64,000 nucleotides of DNA from Vulcanimicrobiota bacterium (GCA_003243975.1 QHBJ01000018.1:37507-101506); one strand, 5' to 3'. Shown: positions 1 through 10,140, numbered from the stretch's first letter. Program-made: numbers and translations. Notes: generated by a model from the letters alone, not told the origin.

Positions 1-46
1 AAAATCTTCTCGCATCGCCACGGTGCGCGCGCCGAATCCATCGGCG

Positions 47-922
47 ATGACCCTGCAGGGCACAAACTCTTACCTAATCGACGGCGGCAACGGCGAAGGC
101 ATCTGCATCGACCCCGGGCCGGCGATTGAGAGCCACATCCGCGCGCTTGCGTCGGCTGCCGAAGGTTCGAAATTCCGCATTCGCGCCATACTTCTGACGC
201 ACGGCCATCCCGATCACGCACCTGCAGCGGCGGCTCTGCGAGAACGTACGGCCGCTTCCGTTTACGCCCACCATCGTAGCGCCGTTCCGCACGATCTCGA
301 GTTGGATGATGGCGAAGGGGTGCAGGTTGGGGACCGCAGCATCCGCGCGCTCGATGCGCCCGGGCATACGTTCGATCACTTGGTTTTCTTTGAAGAGCGC
401 GAGCGCGCGCTCTTTACCGGCGATGTCATCGTAGGAGAGGGCACCGTGGTAATTGCTCCGCCGGGAGGCGCCATGCGGCCCTACCAAGCCACCCTGGAGC
501 GGCTGGCGCGCACATTCGACAACGCGTCGATAATCTACGGTGGCCACGGTCCGCCGGTAACCGATCCGGCGGCCAAGATTCGCGAGTATATCGAACACCG
601 GCGGCAACGCGAGCGGGAGTTGCTCGACGCGCTGTCAGCGGGCCCGCGGACGATTCCGGAGCTGGTGGCACGCATCTATGCGCAAACGCAACCGTTGCTT
701 TGGCCGGCCGGCGCGCGTCAAATCCTGGCGTATTTGATCGCTCTCGAAAATGAAAGCCGCGTGCGTTCCACACCGGTGAACCGGCCGATGACGACGCAAG
801 AAGAGGCAATTCTCGATCCGGATTGGGCAAGTATTACGGGCGAGGGTGATGCGGAATTGGCAAGCGCCGAATTGGGCGCCTCATCCTGCGAACCAATTCG
901 TCGCTATGCACTCATTCGCTGA
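47..922 (+). CDS. MBL-fold metallo-hydrolase (hydroxyacylglutathione hydrolase-like)
   Basis: ORF 23..922; contains the LLTHGHPDH (HxHxDH) metallo-beta-lactamase motif. Start probably at the internal MTLQGTNSYLI; exact start uncertain. Confidence 0.75.
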   Translation: MTLQGTNSYLIDGGNGEGICIDPGPAIESHIRALASAAEGSKFRIRAILLTHGHPDHAPAAAALRERTAASVYAHHRSAVPHDLELDDGEGVQVGDRSIRALDAPGHTFDHLVFFEERERALFTGDVIVGEGTVVIAPPGGAMRPYQATLERLARTFDNASIIYGGHGPPVTDPAAKIREYIEHRRQRERELLDALSAGPRTIPELVARIYAQTQPLLWPAGARQILAYLIALENESRVRSTPVNRPMTTQEEAILDPDWASITGEGDAELASAELGASSCEPIRRYALIR

Positions 923-1886
923 TCCGCAGCACGATTTTCCCGAATTGATCGGCGGCCCCCATCCGTTCGAAGGCGTCAGGCGCCTTCTCGAACGCATACA
1001 CGCGATCCACCACCGGGCGCAGCGGGCCCGCGAAAAGTTTTAGCATGGCTGCAAAGTCGTCGGGACTGCCCATCGAGGTGCCCAAGAGATCCAGGTGCCT
1101 CCAGAAGACCGAAAACGGTCGAATATCTGCATCACCCAAAGTCGCACCGTATGTCACGACCCGGCCGCCGAGTTTCATAATGTCCAGCACGCGCCCCAGC
1201 GTCTGGCCGCCGGCGGAATCGATCGCGACGTCGGGCGCGCCCGCGAGTTTGCGCACGCTTTTGAACCAATCGGGATCGCGACGGTAGTTGAGCACATGGT
1301 CGGCTCCCAGTACCTGCGCCCTCTCGAGTTTCGCATCGCTGGAAGACGTTGCGACGACAACGGCCCCGGCCTGTTTGGCGAGGATGAGTGCGAAGGTTTG
1401 AACGCCGCCGCCTACCCCGGTAATCAAGACCGTTTCGCCTGAACGCAACCGGGCGCGCGTAAAAAGCGCGCGATACGCGGTCAGCCCCCCGAGGGGAATC
1501 GCGGCCGCTTCTTCATCGCTTAGTTCATCCGGGCACGGGAAGACATTCTCGCGCGGCACGCATACGTAATCGGCAAACGAGCCATCGTGCGGCATGCCCA
1601 GGATCGAGGATCCGGCGTCCCACACGCGGCTATCGTTGCCCCAGTTCAACATGGGATTGACTACGATGCGGCTGCCGTTCTCGAGAACGCCGCATGCATC
1701 GGAACCGAGGGTGCACGGCAGTTTGATTCCCGGATACTTTCCCTGCGTTATGAAAAGGTCGCGATGATTGAGCGCCGCCGCACGCACGCGCACCAATGCC
1801 TCATTCTCGCGGGGACGCGGTTTTGGGATCTCCTCGAGACGCAGATCGCCGGGCCCGTTGTTGCCGTGAACCCGCAGCGCTCGCAC
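912..1886 (-). CDS. Zn-dependent alcohol dehydrogenase / quinone oxidoreductase (MDR superfamily)
   Basis: 324 aa with KYPGIKLPCTLGSDACGV and GVGGGVQTFALILAK, a Rossmann GxGxxG typical of MDR/QOR proteins. Confidence 0.75.
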   Translation of the reverse strand: MRALRVHGNNGPGDLRLEEIPKPRPRENEALVRVRAAALNHRDLFITQGKYPGIKLPCTLGSDACGVLENGSRIVVNPMLNWGNDSRVWDAGSSILGMPHDGSFADYVCVPRENVFPCPDELSDEEAAAIPLGGLTAYRALFTRARLRSGETVLITGVGGGVQTFALILAKQAGAVVVATSSSDAKLERAQVLGADHVLNYRRDPDWFKSVRKLAGAPDVAIDSAGGQTLGRVLDIMKLGGRVVTYGATLGDADIRPFSVFWRHLDLLGTSMGSPDDFAAMLKLFAGPLRPVVDRVYAFEKAPDAFERMGAADQFGKIVLRISE

Positions 1887-1919
1887 GCGCTTAGTTTCGA
1901 ACCGTAAAGATCAGCCGCA

Positions 1920-3092
1920 TCACAAAAGGCTCCACAAAGAAACGATCCGTCGGCAACAACTCCAAACCGATTTGGCGCGAAAGAACCCTGAGCCCAATGA
2001 CGCGCGGCCGTGAATATCATATGTCCTTATGCTTTGGGCTAGAGCCGCGGGGCCCGGACCGAAGAGTTGCCCGGCAGAATTTAGCGCATTGACCGGCGCG
2101 CTCACGTCGCGTACGTTCCCTAAACTGAAGATCCGGGCGCCGACGTCCGAACCTTGCGAAAAGTTCCACACGAGATTGGCGAGAACGGAGCGGCTCGAAA
2201 CGGAAGATCCGAGGTGGGTTGATACCGGCGGCCCGCTGTATATGGAGTCGGGGCAGACCGTATCATCTTCGTTGACGTAGCCGGTCTCTTGCTGGTCGTT
2301 GAGAACCATCGCGTATCCCAAACGCCCGCGCGTGCCTGAGGCGTTCAGCCAGCTTTCGCTCTTGCCGAAAGAACCGGCATTCACCGAATATGCCGCATGA
2401 GGCTGCACGGTTGGCTGCAGCGAAATCAAATTTACCGCGCCACCGATCGTATCCGACCCCTCCAAGTCCTTTGGCCCAAGCCCTTCGGAAAGGTTCACCG
2501 ACGTGAAAGCCGCCACCGGCAGGCGCGAAAGATCCAGATCGCCGGTATTGCCGTCGTTGAGAATCTGACCGTCGAGCGCGACCAAGGTTTCGGAGGGGTC
2601 CGGTCCTCGCAATGCCACGACGGCCGGCGCGGCGCTGTTTCCCCCATCCGGCCGCGGAAGTGTGATCGAGGGCACCGCAGGCAAAGCATCGAGGATGCGG
2701 CTGTAACCGTTGGCCTCATACTCTGCGCGCGCGATTACCGCACCGGGAATAGCGTTGCGCGAAAGCGCCAAACGGCCGTCGACGTAAACCGAGCCGATGG
2801 GACGTAGGTTTTGCGCATCCGCCGCCTCCAGAGCGATGTCTAAGTGCAGGTCGCGATTGACTTCGACCGGCCCCGCCTCGGAGAGGGCATAACCCTTGGC
2901 GATCGTGTCCACTTCATAGGTGCCGGGATCGGCCGTGAGCGTAAAGCGCCCGTCGGCCGCGGTGGTCGTCTTGAGACGGCGGGCGGCCCGCGTAATCATC
3001 ACCGACGCATTCGAGACCGGCGTTCCCGAAACTGAATGAATCGTGCCGCTCAGCGAGCAACACGTAAGGGCGGCGACGACCGTGACAATCAT
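1920..3092 (-). pseudogene. TonB-dependent receptor N-terminal fragment (CarboxypepD_reg-like domain plus plug), truncated
   Basis: Signal peptide MIVTVVAALTCC, then a carboxypeptidase-regulatory-like beta-sandwich (ADGRFTLTADPGTYEV) and plug-domain motifs (TLVALDGQILNDGNTGDLDLSRLP, DTIGGAVNLIS). Only about 390 aa; there is no 22-strand barrel and no C-terminal aromatic residue, and the ORF ends directly before the adjacent gene. Confidence 0.5.
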
Positions 3093-3168
3093 CTTTTCTG
3101 CTTTCGGCACCCCTTTGCGCCCATCTTTGCAAATGGAACCGGTGCCACGCGTGCCAATATAGGGCTCA

Positions 3169-3395
3169 TGAAATTCAAAGATGTCGCGCGCGTCGCTCGC
3201 GCCTTCCGAATCGAGTTCGGCGGCTTTCGAGCCCAAGGTGCACCGGCCGTCATTCTCGCGATGGGTGGATTGACGATTGCGGCCGGCGTGGTGCGCTTGC
3301 TGAGCCAAAACGCCACGGTCCTACCGGACACGTTGCGAGAAGCCAAGGGCCTGGTCGATTCGCTGCGCGCCGAGCCGCGCCGTTTGAATTCCTGA
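3169..3395 (+). CDS. hypothetical small protein (starts MKFKDV...)
   Basis: Open frame in the intergenic space upstream of bolA with codon usage similar to neighbours. No recognisable motif; could be non-coding. Confidence 0.2.
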
Positions 3396-3400
3396 TACAC

Positions 3401-3637
3401 TTGATCGACAACCACGCGCTCACGGAACTCATTCGCGCCTCCTTGCCCGACGCGGCGGTCGAGATCTTCGACCGGACCGGGACGCACGACCACTTCAACG
3501 TCAATGTGCGTTCGGCCGCGTTTGCAGGCAAGACGCTAATCGAACAGCACCAGATGGTGTATAGAGCGCTCGGCGCAGCTCTGAAAGACGGCCGCGTTCA
3601 CGCCGTCGAGCTTAAAACCCAAGAACTGGAGAGTTAA
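3401..3637 (+). CDS. bolA: BolA family protein
   Basis: 78 aa. Size and the HFNVNVRSAAFAGKTLIEQHQMVYRAL pattern match the BolA fold; directly upstream of a monothiol glutaredoxin, the classic pairing. Confidence 0.75.
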   Translation: MIDNHALTELIRASLPDAAVEIFDRTGTHDHFNVNVRSAAFAGKTLIEQHQMVYRALGAALKDGRVHAVELKTQELES

Positions 3638-3642
3638 ACACG

Positions 3643-3993
3643 ATGTCAGCCAATATCCGCGAGGAAATCGACCGCGAGATCGCCGCGAACACGGTTCTCG
3701 TTTACGGCAAGGGAACCAAGACGATGCCGCGCTGCGGCTTCACGCTGGAAACCATCGAATTTTTCAACGGCTTCGGATATCCGTTCGAAGTGATCGACGT
3801 ACTCGAAAACATGGAGAAACGCGAAGAACTCGCGCAGATGACCGACTGGCCCACGCTCCCCAAAGTATTCATCAACGGGAAGTTCTACGGCGATACCGAC
3901 ATTTTGGGACCAATGGATGAGAGCGGCGAGCTACGCAACGTTCTCAAGGAGGCCTTCGGGAGCGAGCCGGTTGAGCCGATCAAACTTCATTAA
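3643..3993 (+). CDS. grxD: Grx4-family monothiol glutaredoxin
   Basis: CGFS active site (MPRCGFT), WPTLPKVFINGKFYGD, and GG motifs. Confidence 0.85.
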   Translation: MSANIREEIDREIAANTVLVYGKGTKTMPRCGFTLETIEFFNGFGYPFEVIDVLENMEKREELAQMTDWPTLPKVFINGKFYGDTDILGPMDESGELRNVLKEAFGSEPVEPIKLH

Positions 3994-4466
3994 TGCTCAA
4001 GCTGTGGCAATCTGGCCAGCAGCGGCAGTGGCTGCAGAACTTTAAGATTCGATGGCCGTTCACGCCGCGCTACCATGAGATCGACACGTTCGGCCACGTT
4101 AGCAACGTCGTTTACGACAGCTTCTTCGAGGCGGGGCGACTGGAGTATTTTAAGGCGATTGGCGACCCGGAGCCGCTGGAAGCACCCTTTCCTTTCGCAC
4201 ACGTGGTGGCAGAACAGCACATACGCTTCATGACGCGGTGCTTTTTCGACGAGCCACTGGTCGTATTAACGCGTATCAGCGAGTTTGGCCGTTCGAGTGC
4301 GACCATCGAACAGGCAATTGCCGATGCGAACGATGAACTGCGCGCGGTCGCTTGCACGACGATCGTCCGCAACGACGGTAATGAGTCGCGCCCGTGGACG
4401 GCGGCGCAACGCGAGGCCATCGCAACGTTCGAGGGATTCCTCACCAGCGATACCCACGAGTTCTAG
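3993..4466 (+). CDS. acyl-CoA thioesterase, hotdog fold (YbgC/4HBT-like)
   Basis: 157 aa with YHEIDTFGHVSNVVY, the hotdog thioesterase signature (Asp/His-Val-Asn-Asn-like). Confidence 0.65.
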   Translation: MLKLWQSGQQRQWLQNFKIRWPFTPRYHEIDTFGHVSNVVYDSFFEAGRLEYFKAIGDPEPLEAPFPFAHVVAEQHIRFMTRCFFDEPLVVLTRISEFGRSSATIEQAIADANDELRAVACTTIVRNDGNESRPWTAAQREAIATFEGFLTSDTHEF

Positions 4467-4470
4467 GCCC

Positions 4471-4926
4471 CTGAAGTACTGGCTCTTTAAGACCGAGCCG
4501 AGCGGTTACGGCTTGGAGCACTTCGAACGCGACGGCGTGACGCCGTGGTCCGGCGTGCGAAGCTTCCAAGCGCGCAACAACATGACGGAAATGAAGCTCA
4601 AGGACCAGGGCCTCTTCTATCACAGCAGCATTGCAGAACCCGCCGCCGTTGCCATCTGCGAGGTCGCCCGCGAAGCGTATCCAGATTTTACCGCACAGGA
4701 CAAGTCGAGCGAGTATTTCGACCGCAAGAGCTCCCCCAGCAATCCACTTTGGTATATGGTCGACGTTAAGCTGATCCGCAAACTGCCGCGACCGGTGAAG
4801 CTGGCCGAAATGCGTAACGAGCCGCGCCTGACCGGCATGGCACTACTGCGGCGCGGCCAGCGTCTATCGGTTCAGCCCGTAATGCCGCACGAGTGGAAGA
4901 TTATCTTGGAGATGGCGCAGGTTTAG
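4471..4926 (+). CDS. EVE (PUA-like) domain protein
   Basis: KYWLFKTEPSGYGLEHFERDG...GVRSFQARNNMTEMKLKDQGLFYHS is the canonical EVE N-terminus. The only start exactly at the conserved K-Y-W is a CTG at 4471; the nearest upstream ATG/GTG would overlap the thioesterase by about 100 nt. Confidence 0.65.
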   Translation: MKYWLFKTEPSGYGLEHFERDGVTPWSGVRSFQARNNMTEMKLKDQGLFYHSSIAEPAAVAICEVAREAYPDFTAQDKSSEYFDRKSSPSNPLWYMVDVKLIRKLPRPVKLAEMRNEPRLTGMALLRRGQRLSVQPVMPHEWKIILEMAQV

Positions 4927-7115
4927 GCCGTCGCCGCCTGGGTCAGGAAAACCCGTTGCGAGTCCACCGGCAAGTCCGCCGGCCCGGGCTGCCGGCGGCG
5001 GTACGAACCATCGCCTTGCAGTTCGCGGCTCTTGAGATTGTCCGCGAAGAGAACCGCCAAGATTCCCGAGTAGATAGTCTCGGCAATTACGGGATCAAGG
5101 ACCGGCTCGATCGTTTCGACGCGCCGATCAAGATTGCGCCCCATCCAGTCAGCGCTGCCGATGAAAACCTCACGTTCGCCGCCGTTTTCGAACACGAACA
5201 CTCGCGAATGCTCCAAGAAGCGGCCCACGATGCTGCGCACCGTTATCGTTTCGCTAATGCCCGGCACGCCCGGGCGCACCACGCACATTCCCCGCACGAG
5301 CAGATCAATAGGCACCCCGGCCTGCGATGCCCGGTAGAGCGCGCGCGTGACTTCCGCGTCGGTGATCGCATTAAGCTTAGCTCGAACGCCACTGGGGCGC
5401 CGCGCCCGGGCGTGGTCGGTTTCGCGGTCGATGAGTGCAATCAACTCGCGGCGCAAATTGACCGGCGCAACCAATAAATCTTCATAGTCGGTGACCTTCG
5501 AGAACCCGGTCAGCGCGTTGAAGAGCTGCGTAACGTCGGAACCGAGCTCGGGCCGCGCGGTGAACAGACTCAAGTCCGTGTAAAGCTTGGCGCTCTTCTC
5601 GTTGTAATTTCCGGTGCCGAAATGCATGTACCGGCGGATACCGTCCGCTTCCTCGCGCACGACGAGCGTTACCTTTGCGTGTGTCTTGAGCTCTGGGAAC
5701 CCGTACACCACGTGAACGCCGGCCCGCTCCAGGCGGCGCGCCCACTCGATATTGTTCTCTTCATCAAAGCGCGCCTTGAGCTCGATCAAGACTGCAACTT
5801 GCTTCTCGTTTTCAGCGGCTTCCAAAAGAGCGGCGACGACCGGCGAGTGCTTCCCCGATGTTCTGTACAGCGTCTGCTTTATCGCGAGCACTTGGGGATC
5901 TTTGGCGGCCTGCGAAATAAAGTGCAGGACCGGATCGAAAGACTCATATGGGTGGTGTAAGACCACATCTCCCTCCCGAATGACCGAGAAGATATCGGTC
6001 GCACCGACCAGCCGCTTGGGGATGGCCGGTGTGAACGGGGTATCGTGTAGCTCCGCGTATCCCGGAAGGTTCGCCAGGTTCATCAAGTCGGCTAGTGCCA
6101 GTATTCCGTCGATTTCGTAGGTGTCTAGCGAGCTTAACCCGAGGGCTTCCAAGAGCCAGTCGCGCATGTACTCCGGCATGCCGCGCTCGATCTCGAGACG
6201 CACGGGCTCGCCGAAACGGCGGCGTTGCAACTCCGACTCGATCGCGCGCAGCAAGTCGTCAGCTTCATCTTCTTGCAAATCCAAGTCGGCGTCGCGCGTA
6301 ACGCGGAAGCAATATGATTCCCGAATATCCATGCCTGGAAAGAGCGCATCCAAGTGGTGTGCGATCAAGTCTTCCAAGAGAACAAACCAGCGCCGGCCCT
6401 CCGGCGCCCCTTCCACCCCGATGAAACGCGGCAGCGTCGGCGGAATCTTCACGCGGGCAAAGTGGAAGCGGACGCCTTCTCGCGTTACCTCCTCCAACTC
6501 CACGGCAAGCGAGAGCGAAAGGTTGGAGATGTAAGGAAACGGATGCCCAGAATCGACAGCCAGCGGCGTGAGTACTGGGAACACCCGGTCGTCGAATACG
6601 CGCTCCAAACGCATCTGCTCTTCGGCCGGTAAGTCGTCCACCGACACCACCGCGATGCCGTGCTGGTCTAGCGAGGGCCATAATTCCTCGCGCAGCACCC
6701 GCATCTGCCGGTCCAGCGAACGTCGCAGCCGATCGCCGATGGCCGCCAAATGTTCGGCCGGCAATCGGCCATCGTCGGAGCGCTTGATGATCTGGGCCTC
6801 AATCTGCTGCTTGATGGCAGCAACCCGGATCATAAAAAACTCGTCCAGATTTGTCCCGAAGATCGAGATAAATTTCAAGCGCTCCAGCAGTGGATTCGAA
6901 GAATCGGCGGCCTCTTCTAGAACGCGGTCGTTAAACTCAAGCCACGAAAGCTCGCGGCTAAAATACAGCGAAGGATCGTCTAATGAAGGCACTCCGACGG
7001 GAGAAACAACCGGGACTTCGGCACTCTTGAGCATGGGAACACACCCTTTCCACGCGGGGTCCCCAAACTCCAGGTGATCGATGCCGCCGACTTCGCGGCC
7101 CATCTGCAGCGGCAC
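4923..7115 (-). CDS. ppk: polyphosphate kinase 1
   Basis: 730 aa with a PPK1 N-domain (YFSRELSWLEFNDRVLEEA), PLD-like catalytic domains and a conserved C-terminus (VFVFENGG...FIGSADWM). Confidence 0.9.
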   Translation of the reverse strand: MPLQMGREVGGIDHLEFGDPAWKGCVPMLKSAEVPVVSPVGVPSLDDPSLYFSRELSWLEFNDRVLEEAADSSNPLLERLKFISIFGTNLDEFFMIRVAAIKQQIEAQIIKRSDDGRLPAEHLAAIGDRLRRSLDRQMRVLREELWPSLDQHGIAVVSVDDLPAEEQMRLERVFDDRVFPVLTPLAVDSGHPFPYISNLSLSLAVELEEVTREGVRFHFARVKIPPTLPRFIGVEGAPEGRRWFVLLEDLIAHHLDALFPGMDIRESYCFRVTRDADLDLQEDEADDLLRAIESELQRRRFGEPVRLEIERGMPEYMRDWLLEALGLSSLDTYEIDGILALADLMNLANLPGYAELHDTPFTPAIPKRLVGATDIFSVIREGDVVLHHPYESFDPVLHFISQAAKDPQVLAIKQTLYRTSGKHSPVVAALLEAAENEKQVAVLIELKARFDEENNIEWARRLERAGVHVVYGFPELKTHAKVTLVVREEADGIRRYMHFGTGNYNEKSAKLYTDLSLFTARPELGSDVTQLFNALTGFSKVTDYEDLLVAPVNLRRELIALIDRETDHARARRPSGVRAKLNAITDAEVTRALYRASQAGVPIDLLVRGMCVVRPGVPGISETITVRSIVGRFLEHSRVFVFENGGEREVFIGSADWMGRNLDRRVETIEPVLDPVIAETIYSGILAVLFADNLKSRELQGDGSYRRRQPGPADLPVDSQRVFLTQAATA

Positions 7116-7679
7116 GTCGAGCTTGCGGGCAGCGCGCTAGCAATTGCAACGCTGCTCGGGCTTGCATTCGGTAGTCTAAGCTCGCACGCGCACGCCGCGC
7201 GCGGCCCGATCGTCACCCTGGCGGGTATCGGAAGAGTGATCCCTTCTTTGGCGCTGATCACGCTCATGATTCCAGTTTTTGGTCTCGGCTTTCGTAGCGC
7301 ATGCGTTGCGCTAACGCTCCTGGCAATCCCACCCATTCTCATCAATACAGATCTCGGTTTTCGCAGCGTCGATCCGGCGGCGTCCGATGCCGCGCGCGGA
7401 ATGGGAATGACGGCCACTCAGATGTTTTGGCGGATTGAATGGCCGGCGGCGCTTCCAATAACCTTTGCCGGAGTGCAGACCGCAGCAATTGAGGTCATCG
7501 CCAGCGCTACGCTCGCCGCATTCATCGGTGCCGGCGGCCTCGGAGAGTATATTACGCGCGGCCTGGACGCGAACATCACTTCAATTCTGTTCATTGGAGC
7601 CGTCGGAGTAGCGGCGCTGGCGCTCCTTACCAATCTCGCTTTGGGCACATTGCGCCGCCTCATAGGAGTCCGCACATGA
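7074..7679 (+). CDS. osmoprotectant (glycine betaine/choline) ABC transporter permease
   Basis: BPD-type inner-membrane permease with an Opu-like EAA loop region (WRIEWPAALPITFAGVQTAAIEVIASATLAAFIGAGGLGEYI). Start overlaps the ppk start by about 40 nt. Confidence 0.75.
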   Translation: MIDAADFAAHLQRHVELAGSALAIATLLGLAFGSLSSHAHAARGPIVTLAGIGRVIPSLALITLMIPVFGLGFRSACVALTLLAIPPILINTDLGFRSVDPAASDAARGMGMTATQMFWRIEWPAALPITFAGVQTAAIEVIASATLAAFIGAGGLGEYITRGLDANITSILFIGAVGVAALALLTNLALGTLRRLIGVRT

Positions 7680-8554
7680 TCCTCACCCGCGCGCGCGCAA
7701 CCGCGCTCATCGGCGCCGGCTTACTGCTGCCGCACTGCACATCCAAACCCCGCGGCATTGCGATTGGCTCCAAGAATTTTACCGAGGAGTTCGTTATTGC
7801 CGAGATCTATGCGCAAGCGCTCGAACGCGCAGGATACTCCGTGGACCGGAAATTCAATCTAGGAAGCACGCAGATTGCCATGGGCGCATTGCGCCGGGGC
7901 GACATCGATCTGTATCCGGAATACACCGGAACTGCCCTGATCGACGTCCTGCATCTGCCGCCGATGCACGATGACCGGGCGCTCTTCGCGCGTGTGAGCG
8001 CCGAGTTCGCCAAAGAGCATCTTACCTGGCTGGATCCGTCGCCGATGAACGATTCGCAAGGTCTGGCCACCACCGCCCAGATTGCGGGCAAGTATCACGT
8101 CCACACCCTCTCCGAGCTAAGCGTGGTCGCGCCGCAACTTCGGCTCGGTGCCATTCCGGAGTTCCTGAGCCGCGCCGATGCACTGCCCGGTTTGCAGAAG
8201 TTCTACGGCGGCTTCCGGTTCAAAGAAGCCAAGACATTCGACATTGGGCTGAAGTATAAAGCCCTCGAAAACAACGAAGCCGACGTCGTGACCGCCTTTA
8301 CCACGGATGGGCTAATCGGCGCAGAGAATCTGGTCGTTCTCAAAGACGACAAGCACTTTTGGCCCCCCTACCACATCGCTCCGGTCGTGCGTGATGATGG
8401 CCTTGAGAGATTTCCAAAACTCGCAAGGACTCTCAACGCCATTGCACCGCTCATTACCGATGAGCGAGCGCGCGCCATGAACTACGCGGTCGACGGTCTC
8501 AAGCAAGAGCCCTCGACCGTCGCCGCCGCATTCCTGAAAGGTGACGCTCGCTGA
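7676..8554 (+). CDS. glycine betaine/osmoprotectant ABC transporter substrate-binding protein
   Basis: Signal/lipo N-terminus followed by an OpuAC-like fold (IAIGSKNFTEEFVIAEIYAQALERAGY...DLYPEYTGT). Translationally coupled to the upstream permease. Confidence 0.8.
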   Translation: MILTRARATALIGAGLLLPHCTSKPRGIAIGSKNFTEEFVIAEIYAQALERAGYSVDRKFNLGSTQIAMGALRRGDIDLYPEYTGTALIDVLHLPPMHDDRALFARVSAEFAKEHLTWLDPSPMNDSQGLATTAQIAGKYHVHTLSELSVVAPQLRLGAIPEFLSRADALPGLQKFYGGFRFKEAKTFDIGLKYKALENNEADVVTAFTTDGLIGAENLVVLKDDKHFWPPYHIAPVVRDDGLERFPKLARTLNAIAPLITDERARAMNYAVDGLKQEPSTVAAAFLKGDAR

Positions 8555-8580
8555 GGCAGACCCCGCCGAGCGGCGTACCC

Positions 8581-9507
8581 GTGCGCTTCGAACGCGTTTC
8601 GGTGCGCTATCCGAACGCCGAGGCGAGTGCCGTAGAAGATGTTTCGCTCGAGCTGTCGGCGGGAGCATTTACCGTCATCCTGGGGCCGTCGGGATGCGGA
8701 AAGAGCACGCTGTTGCGCACCGTCAACCGTATGGTCGTTCCCGCGGCGGGCCGTGTGTACGTCGATGGGACGGACAACGCCCAAATCAACATAAATACGC
8801 TGCGGCGCTCGACTGGTTACGTGATTCAAGCCGTCGGTCTCTTCGCGCATATGAGCGTTGCAGATAATATCGCGATCGTTCCGGGGCTTCTTCAGTGGGA
8901 CTCAAAGCGTATCGAGCAGCGTGTTGACGAGTTGCTCGATTTGGTGCGGCTCCCAGCCACGTACCGCAACCGGCTGCCTCGCGAACTATCGGGTGGGGAA
9001 CAGCAGCGGGTGGGCGTCGCGCGAGCGATCGCGGCACGGCCGCGCGTGCTGCTGATGGACGAGCCGTTCGGGGCGGTAGATGCGATCGTTCGCAAGAGTC
9101 TTCAAGAAGAGAGCAAACGCATCGCGCAACTCCTAAAGACAACCATCCTCTTCGTAACCCACGATGTGGACGAGGCCCTGGGGCTGGCCGATCGCATCGT
9201 TGTCATGGCCGCCGGTAAGGTGGTCCAATATGGCACCCCGCTCGAGCTGCTGACCAATCCCACTACCCCGTTCGTTGAGGATCTGCTGGACACGCACGAT
9301 GTCGTGCGCCGGCTCGGATTGCTGCGCGCGCAAGATGTCATGCAGCCGCCACGCCCAGAGACCGAGGGCGCGATCGATGCCCAGGCAACGCTGCGCGACT
9401 CTTTGAACCAATTTTTGCAGGGAGCGGGCACCTTGGCCGTAGAGCGCGATGGGAGGCGGATTGGAACGCTGGACTTCGGCGACGTGCAAGCGGCAATTCG
9501 CCGGTGA
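8581..9507 (+). CDS. osmoprotectant ABC transporter ATP-binding protein
   Basis: Walker A (GPSGCGKST), ABC signature (LSGGEQQRVGVARAI) and Walker B (LLMDEPFGAVD), plus a C-terminal CBS-like extension. Confidence 0.85.
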   Translation: MRFERVSVRYPNAEASAVEDVSLELSAGAFTVILGPSGCGKSTLLRTVNRMVVPAAGRVYVDGTDNAQININTLRRSTGYVIQAVGLFAHMSVADNIAIVPGLLQWDSKRIEQRVDELLDLVRLPATYRNRLPRELSGGEQQRVGVARAIAARPRVLLMDEPFGAVDAIVRKSLQEESKRIAQLLKTTILFVTHDVDEALGLADRIVVMAAGKVVQYGTPLELLTNPTTPFVEDLLDTHDVVRRLGLLRAQDVMQPPRPETEGAIDAQATLRDSLNQFLQGAGTLAVERDGRRIGTLDFGDVQAAIRR

Positions 9508-10124
9508 ACTACCTCACGCACCACATGGGCGAGGTAAGCATTTACTCCGCCCAACACCTCGTGCTCGTCGGGACCTCGCTAGCGATTGCAATCCTCATCG
9601 CATTGCCGGCGGGAATCTTGGCAGGGCGCAGCCCGCGTGCTTCCAGCGTCCTTATCGGCACTTTCGGCGTTATCTACACCATTCCGAGTCTGGCAGTCCT
9701 GGCAGTGTTAGTCCACTACATCGGATTGGGTTTTTGGACGGCGGTTAGCATGCTGGTCATCTATGCACAGTACGTTCTGGTGCGCAACTTTGCGGCCGGG
9801 ATACACAGCGTAGCGGCCGCACAAGTTGAAGCCGCCGTTGCTCTAGGCATGAACCAAGCGCAACGTTTGTGGCGGGTGGAACTGCCGCAAGCATTTCCGA
9901 TTATGCTCGGCGGCGTGCGAATTGCAACGATCGCTCTTATTTCAATCGCGACGCTGGCCGGATATGTGAATGGGGGCGGCCTTGGGACGATGATCTTCTT
10001 CGGCCTCGAAACCACGAATTACGAAAAAACCGTGGCCGGCGCCCTGCCCGCCATCGCGCTGGCAATCATCATCGACGCACTTTTCCGCCTGTTGGAGAAA
10101 CGCGCAAGCAAAAACATGGCCTAA
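9504..10124 (+). CDS. osmoprotectant ABC transporter permease (second permease subunit)
   Basis: Multi-TM permease; ELPQAFPIMLGGVRIATIALISIATLAGYVNGGGLG resembles OpuCB/OpuCD. Confidence 0.8.
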   Translation: MNYLTHHMGEVSIYSAQHLVLVGTSLAIAILIALPAGILAGRSPRASSVLIGTFGVIYTIPSLAVLAVLVHYIGLGFWTAVSMLVIYAQYVLVRNFAAGIHSVAAAQVEAAVALGMNQAQRLWRVELPQAFPIMLGGVRIATIALISIATLAGYVNGGGLGTMIFFGLETTNYEKTVAGALPAIALAIIIDALFRLLEKRASKNMA

Positions 10125-10140
10125 GAAAACAGCGGCGCGA

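Noticed and set aside
74-830. Long antisense ORFs (74..607 -, 426..830 -) overlapping the MBL hydrolase gene
   Set aside because: These are high-GC shadow ORFs: Arg/Ala/Pro-rich, without motifs, and fully contained within a well-supported gene on the other strand.
5752-7077. Ser/Arg-rich ORFs on the plus strand (5752..6120, 6121..6534, 6568..7077) within the ppk region
   Set aside because: They are antisense to the polyphosphate kinase gene; their low-complexity composition is typical of spurious frames in GC-rich DNA.
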